This document shows, piece by piece, positions 8,275 through 15,975 of a stretch of 20,430 nucleotides of DNA. The position numbers were made by a program, and so were the translations under genes. This stretch comes from Gemmatimonadaceae bacterium. GTDB lineage: Bacteria > Gemmatimonadota > Gemmatimonadetes > Gemmatimonadales > Gemmatimonadaceae. Every line of letters starts with the position of its first letter. The stretch's first letter is position 1. The notes beneath the pieces were generated by a model. The model was not told the origin of the DNA. It was given only the letters and a program-made list of their open reading frames with translations, and ran no database searches. The DNA is taken from NCBI GenBank assembly GCA_040902005.1, contig JBBDYA010000091.1:1-20430 (forward strand), in the 5' to 3' direction.

Positions 8275-9289
8275 GATCCCGATCGTCCTCGCCCGACGCG
8301 AGCAGGAGATTCGTCATTTCCAGCGCGTTCGTCGTTCCGTAGTTGCCATAGCAATTATTGAACACCAGGTGCACCTCCTCGGCCTGCTCGCTGATTGCGC
8401 GGATCATCGGCAGCCACCCGGCCAGCTGCGTCTCGTCGTACAGATAGCGGAACCGCTGGCTCACCTGCGCGACCTTCGCTTCCCAGGTGTCGGTGTTGCG
8501 TCCGTGAAAGCGCACGATGGCGAGCGCGGGTGACGTGACCTCGGCCACCGACGGCACCGACGACTCGAACCCGGGAGGCGCGTCCACGCAGACGTGGGCG
8601 AGCTCGTTGCGCCGCAGCAGGTCCAGCGTGTGCCCGCGCGTGCGCTCGTCGAACCACGCCCGGTTGCGGAACTCCACCGCCGCGCGCCATCCCTCCAGCC
8701 GCTGCCGCGCGTTTTCCACCAGCGCGGCGCTCGCCCGCGACGGCGTGACCCAGCGCGGGTACTGCAGCAGGATCGCGCCCAGCCGGCCGCTGTCGCGCAG
8801 CGGGGCGAGCGCGTCGAGGAACGCCTCCCACACCGCGTCGCGCAGCTCGTTGGGCAGGTCGTCCGCGTAGACGCGCGCCTTCGACGCGAGCGCCGCCGGC
8901 AGCGCGGCCCTGAGGTCCTTCGGCAGCCGGTTCACCTCCGACGGCTGCCCCGTCATGAGCGCGTGCGCCTTGACGTCGAAGGTGAAGCCGTCCGGGGTAC
9001 GTTCCGCCCACAGCTCCGCCGTCCGTCGGGCGGGGATTGCGTAGTAGGTGGAATCCACCTCCACAATCGGAAAGCGCGAGGCGTAGTAGCGCAGCCGCGC
9101 CTCCGCGGTGGACACGCCCTCCGGGTAAAACACGCCGCGCGCGGTCATGCTGGGGTCGGTCCAGCTGGCGATGCCGACGCGGACACGGGCGCCACTCGCC
9201 ACCTGGAACACGGGAACATGTGCCAGTCCGGTGGCGGCGGAACGCGCCACCCCCACCGCTGCGCCGGGGTCGTGCGAAGGATCGATCAC
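8243..9289 (-). CDS. DUF72 (YecE/UPF0759) family protein
   Basis: Motifs VGIASW, VEVDSTYYAIP, TPDGFTFDVKA, LLQYP, AVEFRNRAW, IVRFHGRN, RYLY and VFNN. GTG start is inferred. Confidence 0.9.
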   Translation of the reverse strand: MIDPSHDPGAAVGVARSAATGLAHVPVFQVASGARVRVGIASWTDPSMTARGVFYPEGVSTAEARLRYYASRFPIVEVDSTYYAIPARRTAELWAERTPDGFTFDVKAHALMTGQPSEVNRLPKDLRAALPAALASKARVYADDLPNELRDAVWEAFLDALAPLRDSGRLGAILLQYPRWVTPSRASAALVENARQRLEGWRAAVEFRNRAWFDERTRGHTLDLLRRNELAHVCVDAPPGFESSVPSVAEVTSPALAIVRFHGRNTDTWEAKVAQVSQRFRYLYDETQLAGWLPMIRAISEQAEEVHLVFNNCYGNYGTTNALEMTNLLLASGEDDRDLTRRTESRYS

Positions 9290-9350
9290 CGCGGAACAAT
9301 ACGCGCCGGGGCTGGGTAGGAAAACGTGAACCCCTGGCGGAGGTACTCAC

Positions 9351-9584
9351 ATGGCGACCTTCACATTCTCACTCAGCACGTCGGAAGAGACCCGTCAGGC
9401 GGGCGTCGTTCAGAGCGCCAACTTTCACGAGGCGCTTCAGCTCATTGGCGAGCGTATGCCGGTGACGCGCGGCGACACGCTGGAGATCGGCGTGAAGGGA
9501 TTTCCGCCCGCGCGGTTCGAGTGCACGGAATCCCTGCTGGACGGGCTGGTGCTCTGGGAGCCGGCACGACGACTGGCGGCGTGA
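9351..9584 (+). CDS. Small hypothetical protein (77 aa)
   Basis: GGAGG SD upstream of the ATG, globular-looking sequence, and it fills the gap between the DUF72 and DUF4097 genes. Confidence 0.75.
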   Translation: MATFTFSLSTSEETRQAGVVQSANFHEALQLIGERMPVTRGDTLEIGVKGFPPARFECTESLLDGLVLWEPARRLAA

Positions 9585-9592
9585 GCTGACGG

Positions 9593-10468
9593 TCAGTCCA
9601 GCTTTCGGAGCTCCAGCCGTCCGTTTCCGCTCGACATCCTGAGCCGCTGCGTTCCCCCCGTGCCGATCGTGCCACGCACGCGGCTGGGGTTCAGGCGGCC
9701 CACGATCCGGATCTCGAAGTCGGACCGGAATTCGCCGCGTCCCGTGCTGGCGTCGATCTCGCCGGCGAACGAGCCCGGGAGCGCGACGGTCACCGGTCCG
9801 TTGCCGGTGGAGAAGGTCATGTCCGCCGATCCCTGAATGGCCCGCATGCGGACGTCGATCTCCCCGTTGCCGGTTCGCGCGTTCACCGGCCCGCTGGACG
9901 TCACCACGAAGACCCGGCCGTTGCCGGTATTCGCGCGCACCGGACCCGTGGCGCCCTCGATCTCCAGTACGCCGTTGCCGGTCGAGACATCCACTTCGCC
10001 GGCGGTGAGCCGGATGCGGACGTCGCCGTTGCCCGTGCGGATCTCCACGTCGTTGCTGGCCTGCTCCACGCTCACGTCGCCGTTCCCCGTGCTGGCGCTC
10101 AGGCGAACGCCCTTCGGCAGCAGCACCGTGAGTCCCGTGGAGGGCGGACCGTTCCGCGACCAGCCGCGCCCCTCGTTGTCGCAGATGTTGCGTCCGTCGT
10201 ACACGGCGCAGATCTCCACGCCAGTCGCGCGGTTCTGCACCTCGAACGACAGTTCGCCCCGGTCGGCGCGACGGGGACGATCCGCGCGAAACTCCACGCG
10301 GTCCGTCGTGGATTCGCGAATGTCGATCGGGCCGTTGAAGTGCCGGACGCTGAACGTGGCGCCGGCGGGCACCCGGCCCGACCACGTGAAGAGATTGTCG
10401 GTGGCCTGCGCGGACGCAGTGACCGAGCCGACGACGAGCAGCAGGAACAGGTTGCGGAGCAATGACAT
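9593..10468 (-). CDS. DUF4097 family beta-strand-repeat exported protein (291 aa)
   Basis: Signal peptide MSLLRNLFLLLVVGSVTASAQA followed by repeated [ST]GNG[DE]V-type units. Confidence 0.88.
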   Translation of the reverse strand: MSLLRNLFLLLVVGSVTASAQATDNLFTWSGRVPAGATFSVRHFNGPIDIRESTTDRVEFRADRPRRADRGELSFEVQNRATGVEICAVYDGRNICDNEGRGWSRNGPPSTGLTVLLPKGVRLSASTGNGDVSVEQASNDVEIRTGNGDVRIRLTAGEVDVSTGNGVLEIEGATGPVRANTGNGRVFVVTSSGPVNARTGNGEIDVRMRAIQGSADMTFSTGNGPVTVALPGSFAGEIDASTGRGEFRSDFEIRIVGRLNPSRVRGTIGTGGTQRLRMSSGNGRLELRKLD

Positions 10469-10494
10469 GGCACGCGGGTTGAGACAACGGTTCT

Positions 10495-10518
10495 GACAGT
10501 CCGACCAGTCGAATGGTT
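10495..10518 (-). promoter_or_regulatory. Candidate ECF-sigma promoter (AAC-N17-TGTC)
   Basis: Minus-strand AAC (10518-10516), 17-nt spacer, TGTC (10498-10495), upstream of the DUF4097 gene. Confidence 0.35.
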
Positions 10519-10560
10519 TGAGGAGCCCATGCCGCGCCACCCGGCCACTTCGACCCGCGA

Positions 10561-10605
10561 CCTCGGTCGCCCCGGTTGCCCCGGTTGCCCCGGTTGCCCC
10601 GGTTG
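10561..10605. repeat. 9-bp tandem repeat CCCCGGTTG x4 plus one degenerate unit
   Basis: Perfect units start at 10570, 10579, 10588 and 10597, with CCTCGGTCG at 10561. The array directly abuts the ada stop codon. Confidence 0.95.
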
Positions 10606-11667
10606 TCAGCGCTGCGGCTGCTGCTCGGCGTCCAGGAGCTGCTGCTTGCGTTCCAGCCCCCACCGGTAGCCGCCCAGCGAGCCGTCTTCCCGAACAATTC
10701 TATGGCAGGGAATCACGAGCGCCACCGGGTTGGTGGCGCAGGCTCGCGCCACGGCCCGTGCCGCGCTCGGCTGCCCGATGCGGTCGGCGAGCTGGCTGTA
10801 GGACAGCGTGGTTCCCCGCGGGATGCGCTGGAGCGCGTTCCACACGCGCCACTGGAATGCGGTGCCGCGGGCGTCCAGCGGCACGGACGCAGCGGAGCCC
10901 TGGCCGTCCAGGCTGGCGACGATCGCGGCGATCCACTCGTGCAGTGCCGGGCCCGCGGCGTGGATCTCCGCCTCGGGAAAGTCCGCGCGGAACGCGCGCT
11001 CCAGCTCGCGGTCGCTGTCACCGAACGCCACGGAGCACACACCCCGCTCCGTGTACGCCACGAGCAACCGGCCCAGTGGCGAACCCACGATGCCGAACTG
11101 GATGCGCTGTCCCGCGCCCCCGTGCCGCACGGCGGCGGGCGTCATTCCCAGTGAGCGCTTCGACCGCTCGTAGACGCGGCTGCTGGATCCGAATCCCGCT
11201 TCGAACGTTGCCCTGCTCACGGTGTCCCCCTTGCGCAGCCGCTCGGCGAGACGCCGCTGGCGCTCCGCATCGCGATACTCGCGCGGTGAAATGCCAAGCG
11301 CCCGCTTGAAGGCGCGCTGGAGGTGAAACGCGCTGACCCCCGTTTCGCGCGCGAGCACCGCGAGCGTCACCGGCTCGTCCGCATGGCGTGCGAGATAGTC
11401 GCAGGCGCGCGTCACCGCCCGGTCGATGCCGGTGGGCCCGGTGTCCGCCGGCCGGCAACGCTTGCAGGCGCGATAGCCGGCGCGCTGCGCCTCACCCGGC
11501 GACAGAAAGAATTTCACGCGCGATTTCGTGGGGCGGCGCGACGCGCACGAGGGGCGACAGAAGATCCTCGTCGATTCCACCGCGTAGACGAACCGGCCGT
11601 CATAGCGCCGGTCGCGGCGCTCGACGGCGCGCCAGGCGATGTCACGGGTGGGCAGCGCGGAAATCAT
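10606..11667 (-). CDS. ada: Bifunctional transcriptional activator / O6-methylguanine-DNA methyltransferase Ada
   Basis: Zn-binding FCRPSC and YRACKRC, AraC-type HTH (SAFHLQRAFKRALGISP), GTAFQWRVW and active-site PCHR. Confidence 0.95.
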   Translation of the reverse strand: MISALPTRDIAWRAVERRDRRYDGRFVYAVESTRIFCRPSCASRRPTKSRVKFFLSPGEAQRAGYRACKRCRPADTGPTGIDRAVTRACDYLARHADEPVTLAVLARETGVSAFHLQRAFKRALGISPREYRDAERQRRLAERLRKGDTVSRATFEAGFGSSSRVYERSKRSLGMTPAAVRHGGAGQRIQFGIVGSPLGRLLVAYTERGVCSVAFGDSDRELERAFRADFPEAEIHAAGPALHEWIAAIVASLDGQGSAASVPLDARGTAFQWRVWNALQRIPRGTTLSYSQLADRIGQPSAARAVARACATNPVALVIPCHRIVREDGSLGGYRWGLERKQQLLDAEQQPQR

Positions 11668-11728
11668 GACTGCAAACTATGCGTCGCGCGTCGCGCGGCT
11701 ATCCGAAGCTTGCGGTCAAAGAGGTTCC

Positions 11729-13117
11729 CTAGACGGCCTTGATCTCTCCAATGAGCGCGCTGAGCGACGCCTTCGCGTCCCCAAAGAGCATGCTCGTCTT
11801 GGGATCATAGAACAGCTCGTTCTCGATTCCCGCGAACCCCGCGGCCATGCTGCGCTTCAGCACGATCACGGTCCGCGCCCTGTCCGCGTCGAGAATCGGC
11901 ATGCCGTAGATCGGCGACTGCTTGTCGGTGCGGGCGGCCGGATTCACGACGTCGTTCGCGCCGATGACCATCACCACGTCGGTGCGCTCGAAATCGTTGT
12001 TGATCTCGTCCATGTCGTACAGCTTGTCGTACGGAATGTTGGCTTCCGCCAGAAGCACGTTCATGTGTCCGGGCATCCGTCCCGCCACGGGATGGATCGC
12101 GTACTTCACCTCGCCCCCGCGTCGCTCGATCAGTTCCGCGAGCTCGCGTACCTGGTGCTGCGCCTGCGCCACCGCCATGCCGTAGCCGGGGATGATGATG
12201 ACGTGTTGCGCGTACGCCAGCTGCACCGCCGCGTCTTCCACGCTGATCGGCCGTACCTGGAGCGCGCCGGCAACGCGCGCCGCGGTGTTCATCCCCTGTG
12301 CTCCGAACGCGCCGAAGAGCACGTTCGCGAACGACCGGTTCATCGCCTTGCTCATCAGCAGCGACAGGATGAAGCCGGACGCGCCGTCGAGCGCGCCCGC
12401 GATGATCAGGACCACGTTGTCGATCGCGAAGCCGGTGGCGCACGCGGCCAGCCCGGAATAGGAGTTGAGCAGCGCCACCACCACCGGCATGTCCGCGCCG
12501 CCGATCGGCATCACGAACAGGATGCCGAACAGGAACGCGAATCCGATCATCGCGTAGAACACCCGCGGCGACTCCGGCTGCAACACGACAAAGACGAACA
12601 GTCCCAGCGTGAACGCGAACAGCGCGCCGTTGATCAGGTTCTGCCCGCGGAACACCAGGGGCCGGGACGGCAGCCACTCCTGGAGCTTGCCGGCCGCCAC
12701 GAGCGTGCCGGCCACCGTCAGGGAACCGAAGAACACCTCGAAGCCGAGCGCCGCCGCCTTGGCGTGTCCGATCCCCGTCGGCGCGTGGAACGACGTGTAG
12801 TACTCCGCGATGCCCACGAGCGTCGCCGCCAGGGAGCTGAACGTCAGCGCCAGCGCGATACGCTGGGGCATCGCCGTCATGGGCACCCACATGCCCATCG
12901 GGTAGCCGAGCACGATGCCGATGGCCATGCCGACCGCGATCCACTTGTAGTCCAGGATCTGGTGGTTGATCAGCGTTCCGGCGATGGCGAACATCATCCC
13001 CATCGCGGCCTGCTGCATGCCGCGGCGCGCCTTGTCCGGGCGCGTCAGGCTGCGCAATCCGAGGATGAACAGGATTGACGCGGTGATGTAGGCGATCTGG
13101 ATGAACGTGGTGCGCAT
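11729..13117 (-). CDS. pntB: NAD(P) transhydrogenase subunit beta
   Basis: Motifs IGGADMPVV, LNSYSG, AMNRS, PGYGMAVAQAQ, HPVAGRMPGHMNVLLAEA, GANDVVNP and KRSM. Confidence 0.97.
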   Translation of the reverse strand: MRTTFIQIAYITASILFILGLRSLTRPDKARRGMQQAAMGMMFAIAGTLINHQILDYKWIAVGMAIGIVLGYPMGMWVPMTAMPQRIALALTFSSLAATLVGIAEYYTSFHAPTGIGHAKAAALGFEVFFGSLTVAGTLVAAGKLQEWLPSRPLVFRGQNLINGALFAFTLGLFVFVVLQPESPRVFYAMIGFAFLFGILFVMPIGGADMPVVVALLNSYSGLAACATGFAIDNVVLIIAGALDGASGFILSLLMSKAMNRSFANVLFGAFGAQGMNTAARVAGALQVRPISVEDAAVQLAYAQHVIIIPGYGMAVAQAQHQVRELAELIERRGGEVKYAIHPVAGRMPGHMNVLLAEANIPYDKLYDMDEINNDFERTDVVMVIGANDVVNPAARTDKQSPIYGMPILDADRARTVIVLKRSMAAGFAGIENELFYDPKTSMLFGDAKASLSALIGEIKAV

Positions 13118-13124
13118 CAGATGG

Positions 13125-13475
13125 TCATTGCGTGGGGTCCGTCTCGCGCCGGGCCGCCCGCCGCCGTTCGTCGTCCGCCGCCTGGTCCGCCGCCGACGGA
13201 CCCTTGCCGCGCTGGAACATCCGCAGCATGCGGTCCACGATCAGGAAGCCGCCGACGATGTTGGTGGTGGCACAGATCACCGCGATGAATCCGAGATACG
13301 TGGCCAGCCGGCTGTGGTCCGCGCCGGCCATGATGATCGACCCCACCAGCGAGATGCCGGAAATCGCGTTGGTCGCCGCCATCAGCGGGGTGTGCAGCAG
13401 CGGCGGCACCCGCGAGATCACCATGTAGCCCGTGAACGCCGCGAGAACAAAGACGTACAACTCGAGAATCTTCAT
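13125..13475 (-). CDS. pntAB: NAD(P) transhydrogenase subunit alpha part 2 (membrane)
   Basis: Motifs VPPLLHTPLM..TNAISG and NIVGGF...RMLRMF. ATGA overlap with the upstream alpha1 gene. Confidence 0.95.
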   Translation of the reverse strand: MKILELYVFVLAAFTGYMVISRVPPLLHTPLMAATNAISGISLVGSIIMAGADHSRLATYLGFIAVICATTNIVGGFLIVDRMLRMFQRGKGPSAADQAADDERRRAARRETDPTQ

Positions 13476-14581
13476 CGGAGCACGAGTCCTTCGTGGGTGA
13501 CGAGCATGGCGCCCGTGATTGCGTCGGCCGGATCGACGGTGAGCGCGCCTTCCTTGTTGATGAGGTGCTGGAGCAGCGCGAGCACGTTGCGCCCGAACAT
13601 CTGGCTGGCGTGGAACGGCACCGTACTCGGCAGGTTCACGGGGCCCAGGATCGTGACGCCGTGCGCGTGGACGGTCTGGTCCGGGCGTGTGCCCTCGCAG
13701 TTGCCGCCGTTCTCCGCCGCGAGATCCACGATCACCGATCCGCCGCGCATCGTCCGCAGCATGGCGTCGGTGATCAGCCGGGGCGCGGCCTTGCCCGGAA
13801 TGTTCGCCGTGGTGATGACGAGATCCATCGTCTTCATGTGGTTCCCGATCGCGGCGAGCGTGCGGTCCCGCTCCTCGCCGCTCTGCTCCCGCGCGTAGCC
13901 GCCGGCGGCCTCCGCCGTCGCGCTCACGGCGTCCGGCGCCACGAAGGTGGCGCCCAGGCTGAGGATCTGTTCGCGGGCGGCGGGGCGCACGTCAAACGCG
14001 GACACCACCCCCCCCAGCCGACGGGCGGTGGCCACTGCCTGGAGCCCCGACACGCCGGCGCCGATGATGAAAACGCGCGCCGGCTGGATGTTGCCCGCCG
14101 CGGTCGTCAGCATCGGGAGGAACTTGCCGAGTTCCGCGGCGCCGACGAGCACCGCCTTGTACCCCGCCACCGTGGACTGCGACGACAACACGTCCATGGT
14201 CTGGGCGCGCGTGATGCGCGGCACGAGCTCGAGCGCCAGCGACGAGACCTTCGCAGTCGCCAGGCGCTCGGCGAGCGGCGCGTGCTGTCCCGGGCGCATG
14301 AGGGAAATCAATAGGCACCCGGCCGGCAGCAGTGCCACCTCGGCGTCGGAGGGCGGCTGCACCTTGAGCACGATCTGCGCGCCGACGCAGGTGGACGCGG
14401 CGTCATCCGCGAGACGCGCCCCCGCGGCCACGTACGCGTCGTCCGCGAACCCGGCGCGCACGCCGGCCCCGCGCTGCACCGCCACGTCCACCTTGTACTT
14501 CACCAACCGGCCGGCACTATCGGGCGTCAGCGCTACGCGATGTTCGCGCGCGGCGGTTTCCGTCAACACAGCGACTTGCAT
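13472..14581 (-). CDS. pntAA: NAD(P) transhydrogenase subunit alpha part 1 (NAD-binding domain I; 369 aa)
   Basis: Motifs EHRVALTP, PRITRAQTMDVLSSQ, GAGVSGL, DVRPA and DLAAENGGNCE. Start taken as MQVAVL at 14581. Confidence 0.95.
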   Translation of the reverse strand: MQVAVLTETAAREHRVALTPDSAGRLVKYKVDVAVQRGAGVRAGFADDAYVAAGARLADDAASTCVGAQIVLKVQPPSDAEVALLPAGCLLISLMRPGQHAPLAERLATAKVSSLALELVPRITRAQTMDVLSSQSTVAGYKAVLVGAAELGKFLPMLTTAAGNIQPARVFIIGAGVSGLQAVATARRLGGVVSAFDVRPAAREQILSLGATFVAPDAVSATAEAAGGYAREQSGEERDRTLAAIGNHMKTMDLVITTANIPGKAAPRLITDAMLRTMRGGSVIVDLAAENGGNCEGTRPDQTVHAHGVTILGPVNLPSTVPFHASQMFGRNVLALLQHLINKEGALTVDPADAITGAMLVTHEGLVLR

Positions 14582-14648
14582 CAAGATGTGATCGAGGGAA
14601 TCGGCGCAGCGGAGTCGGGGCGTATAGTACCCGCGCCCGGCCCACGTT

Positions 14649-15902
14649 TCAACCGGAGGTGAGCGAGCGCGCCATAGCATTCTTGCGCGAGCTCAACGTA
14701 AGGAGCCGCCTGATCGCCGCGATACCAGCGATTGGCCCCAGGGAAAGTAGGGGGAATGCCCACGCCCAGCCCCATCCGGCCACGATGGGCGGCACCAACT
14801 GGATCGTGAGCGTCGTGAGCAGAAAGCCGAGCGACGTCTGGAGCATCAGCGCCGTACCCACCGCGTGCGGGGGCACGCTCTCCGTGACCAGCACGCTGAA
14901 CTGCGCGGAATCTGCCACGACGAAGAACCCCCACGCCAGCGCGACCGGCGCCAGGAACAGCCAGCCGTGGCCGAACGCGAAACCGATCAGCAGCGCGCAG
15001 GCGCCGCTGGCACCAAGCGCGACGATCACGAACCGTTCACGTCCGATGCGGTCCGCCACCCAACCGCCCCACACGCACCCCGCGCCGCCGATCGCGATCG
15101 TCGCGAAGGCCAGGATGGATACCGCCGACGATTCCGCGCCGCCGGCGGCCACCGCGCTCGCCGCCAGGAACGCCGGAATCCAGGTCCAGTAGCTGTACAG
15201 CTCGAACATGTGTCCCAGGTATCCGCCCGTGGCCAGTCGCCACTCCCGCTGCCGGATCACGGTGGCCGCCAGCGCCCAGGAAAAGGCGCGCGGTGGAAAA
15301 GGGAAGGGCCCGTCGCGGTAGACGCACCAGACCAGGAGCGCCGCCACGACCGCGCCCGCCGAGCCGGCGAGGATGATGTCGTGCATGCCCGCGTTCGGGA
15401 ACGCCTGCACCAGGTACGGCGTGGCCTTGCCGACGGTGAGCGCTCCCACCACGGTGCCCACGGCCAGGCCGCGCCGCGAGCGGAACCAGGTGGCGATCAT
15501 CTTCATCGCCGGCGGGTACACGCCCGCGAGGCAGAATCCGCAGGCGAAGCGAGTGAACACCGCGCCGCCAAAGCCGTCCGCGCCGAGCAGCGCCGCGTTG
15601 AACGCCGCCCCGGCGAGCGCGGAGATCGTGAACAGCACACGGGACGAAATGACGTCCGCGAGGTTCAGCACGGCGATGGTCGCCGTGCCCGCCACGAAAC
15701 CCAGCTGGACCCCCGTGGTGAGCCATCCGACCTGTGCCGGGCTCAGCGACCACTGGGCCTGGAGCTGTGGCGCGACGGCGTTGCCGGCGAACCACAGGGA
15801 CATCCCGAGCAATTCCGCGACGGCCAGGAGCGCGAGGATTCCCCAGCGTTCGGGGGGGGGGGCGGAATCACGGAGGGCGTCGGTCCGTGGCGTTCGTGTC
15901 AT
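14649..15902 (-). CDS. MFS transporter
   Basis: About 12 hydrophobic segments with motifs RFACGFCLAGVYPP, GWVADRIGR and ADSAQFS. Substrate unknown. Confidence 0.9.
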   Translation of the reverse strand: MTRTPRTDALRDSAPPPERWGILALLAVAELLGMSLWFAGNAVAPQLQAQWSLSPAQVGWLTTGVQLGFVAGTATIAVLNLADVISSRVLFTISALAGAAFNAALLGADGFGGAVFTRFACGFCLAGVYPPAMKMIATWFRSRRGLAVGTVVGALTVGKATPYLVQAFPNAGMHDIILAGSAGAVVAALLVWCVYRDGPFPFPPRAFSWALAATVIRQREWRLATGGYLGHMFELYSYWTWIPAFLAASAVAAGGAESSAVSILAFATIAIGGAGCVWGGWVADRIGRERFVIVALGASGACALLIGFAFGHGWLFLAPVALAWGFFVVADSAQFSVLVTESVPPHAVGTALMLQTSLGFLLTTLTIQLVPPIVAGWGWAWAFPLLSLGPIAGIAAIRRLLTLSSRKNAMARSLTSG

Positions 15903-15975
15903 CGTGTCATCGTGTGATTCGCGTCATCCGTGATAGCTTTGGTGTAATCGACAACACCTTCATCGCCAGGTACTC

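Noticed and set aside
5857..8342. Long alternative-frame and antisense ORFs over ALDH (likewise over pntB, M28 and DUF5916)
   Set aside because: Typical high-GC shadow ORFs with biased composition and no recognisable motifs.
10561..10605. CRISPR array
   Set aside because: Contiguous 9-bp units without spacers, and no cas genes.
10469..10663. N-terminal extension of DUF4097 containing TGATGATGA repeats
   Set aside because: It derives from the 9-bp DNA repeat and overlaps ada. The signal peptide begins at ATG 10468.
8243..11667. DUF72 plus ada as a DNA-repair operon
   Set aside because: They are separated by two unrelated genes, one on the opposite strand, and each has its own apparent promoter.
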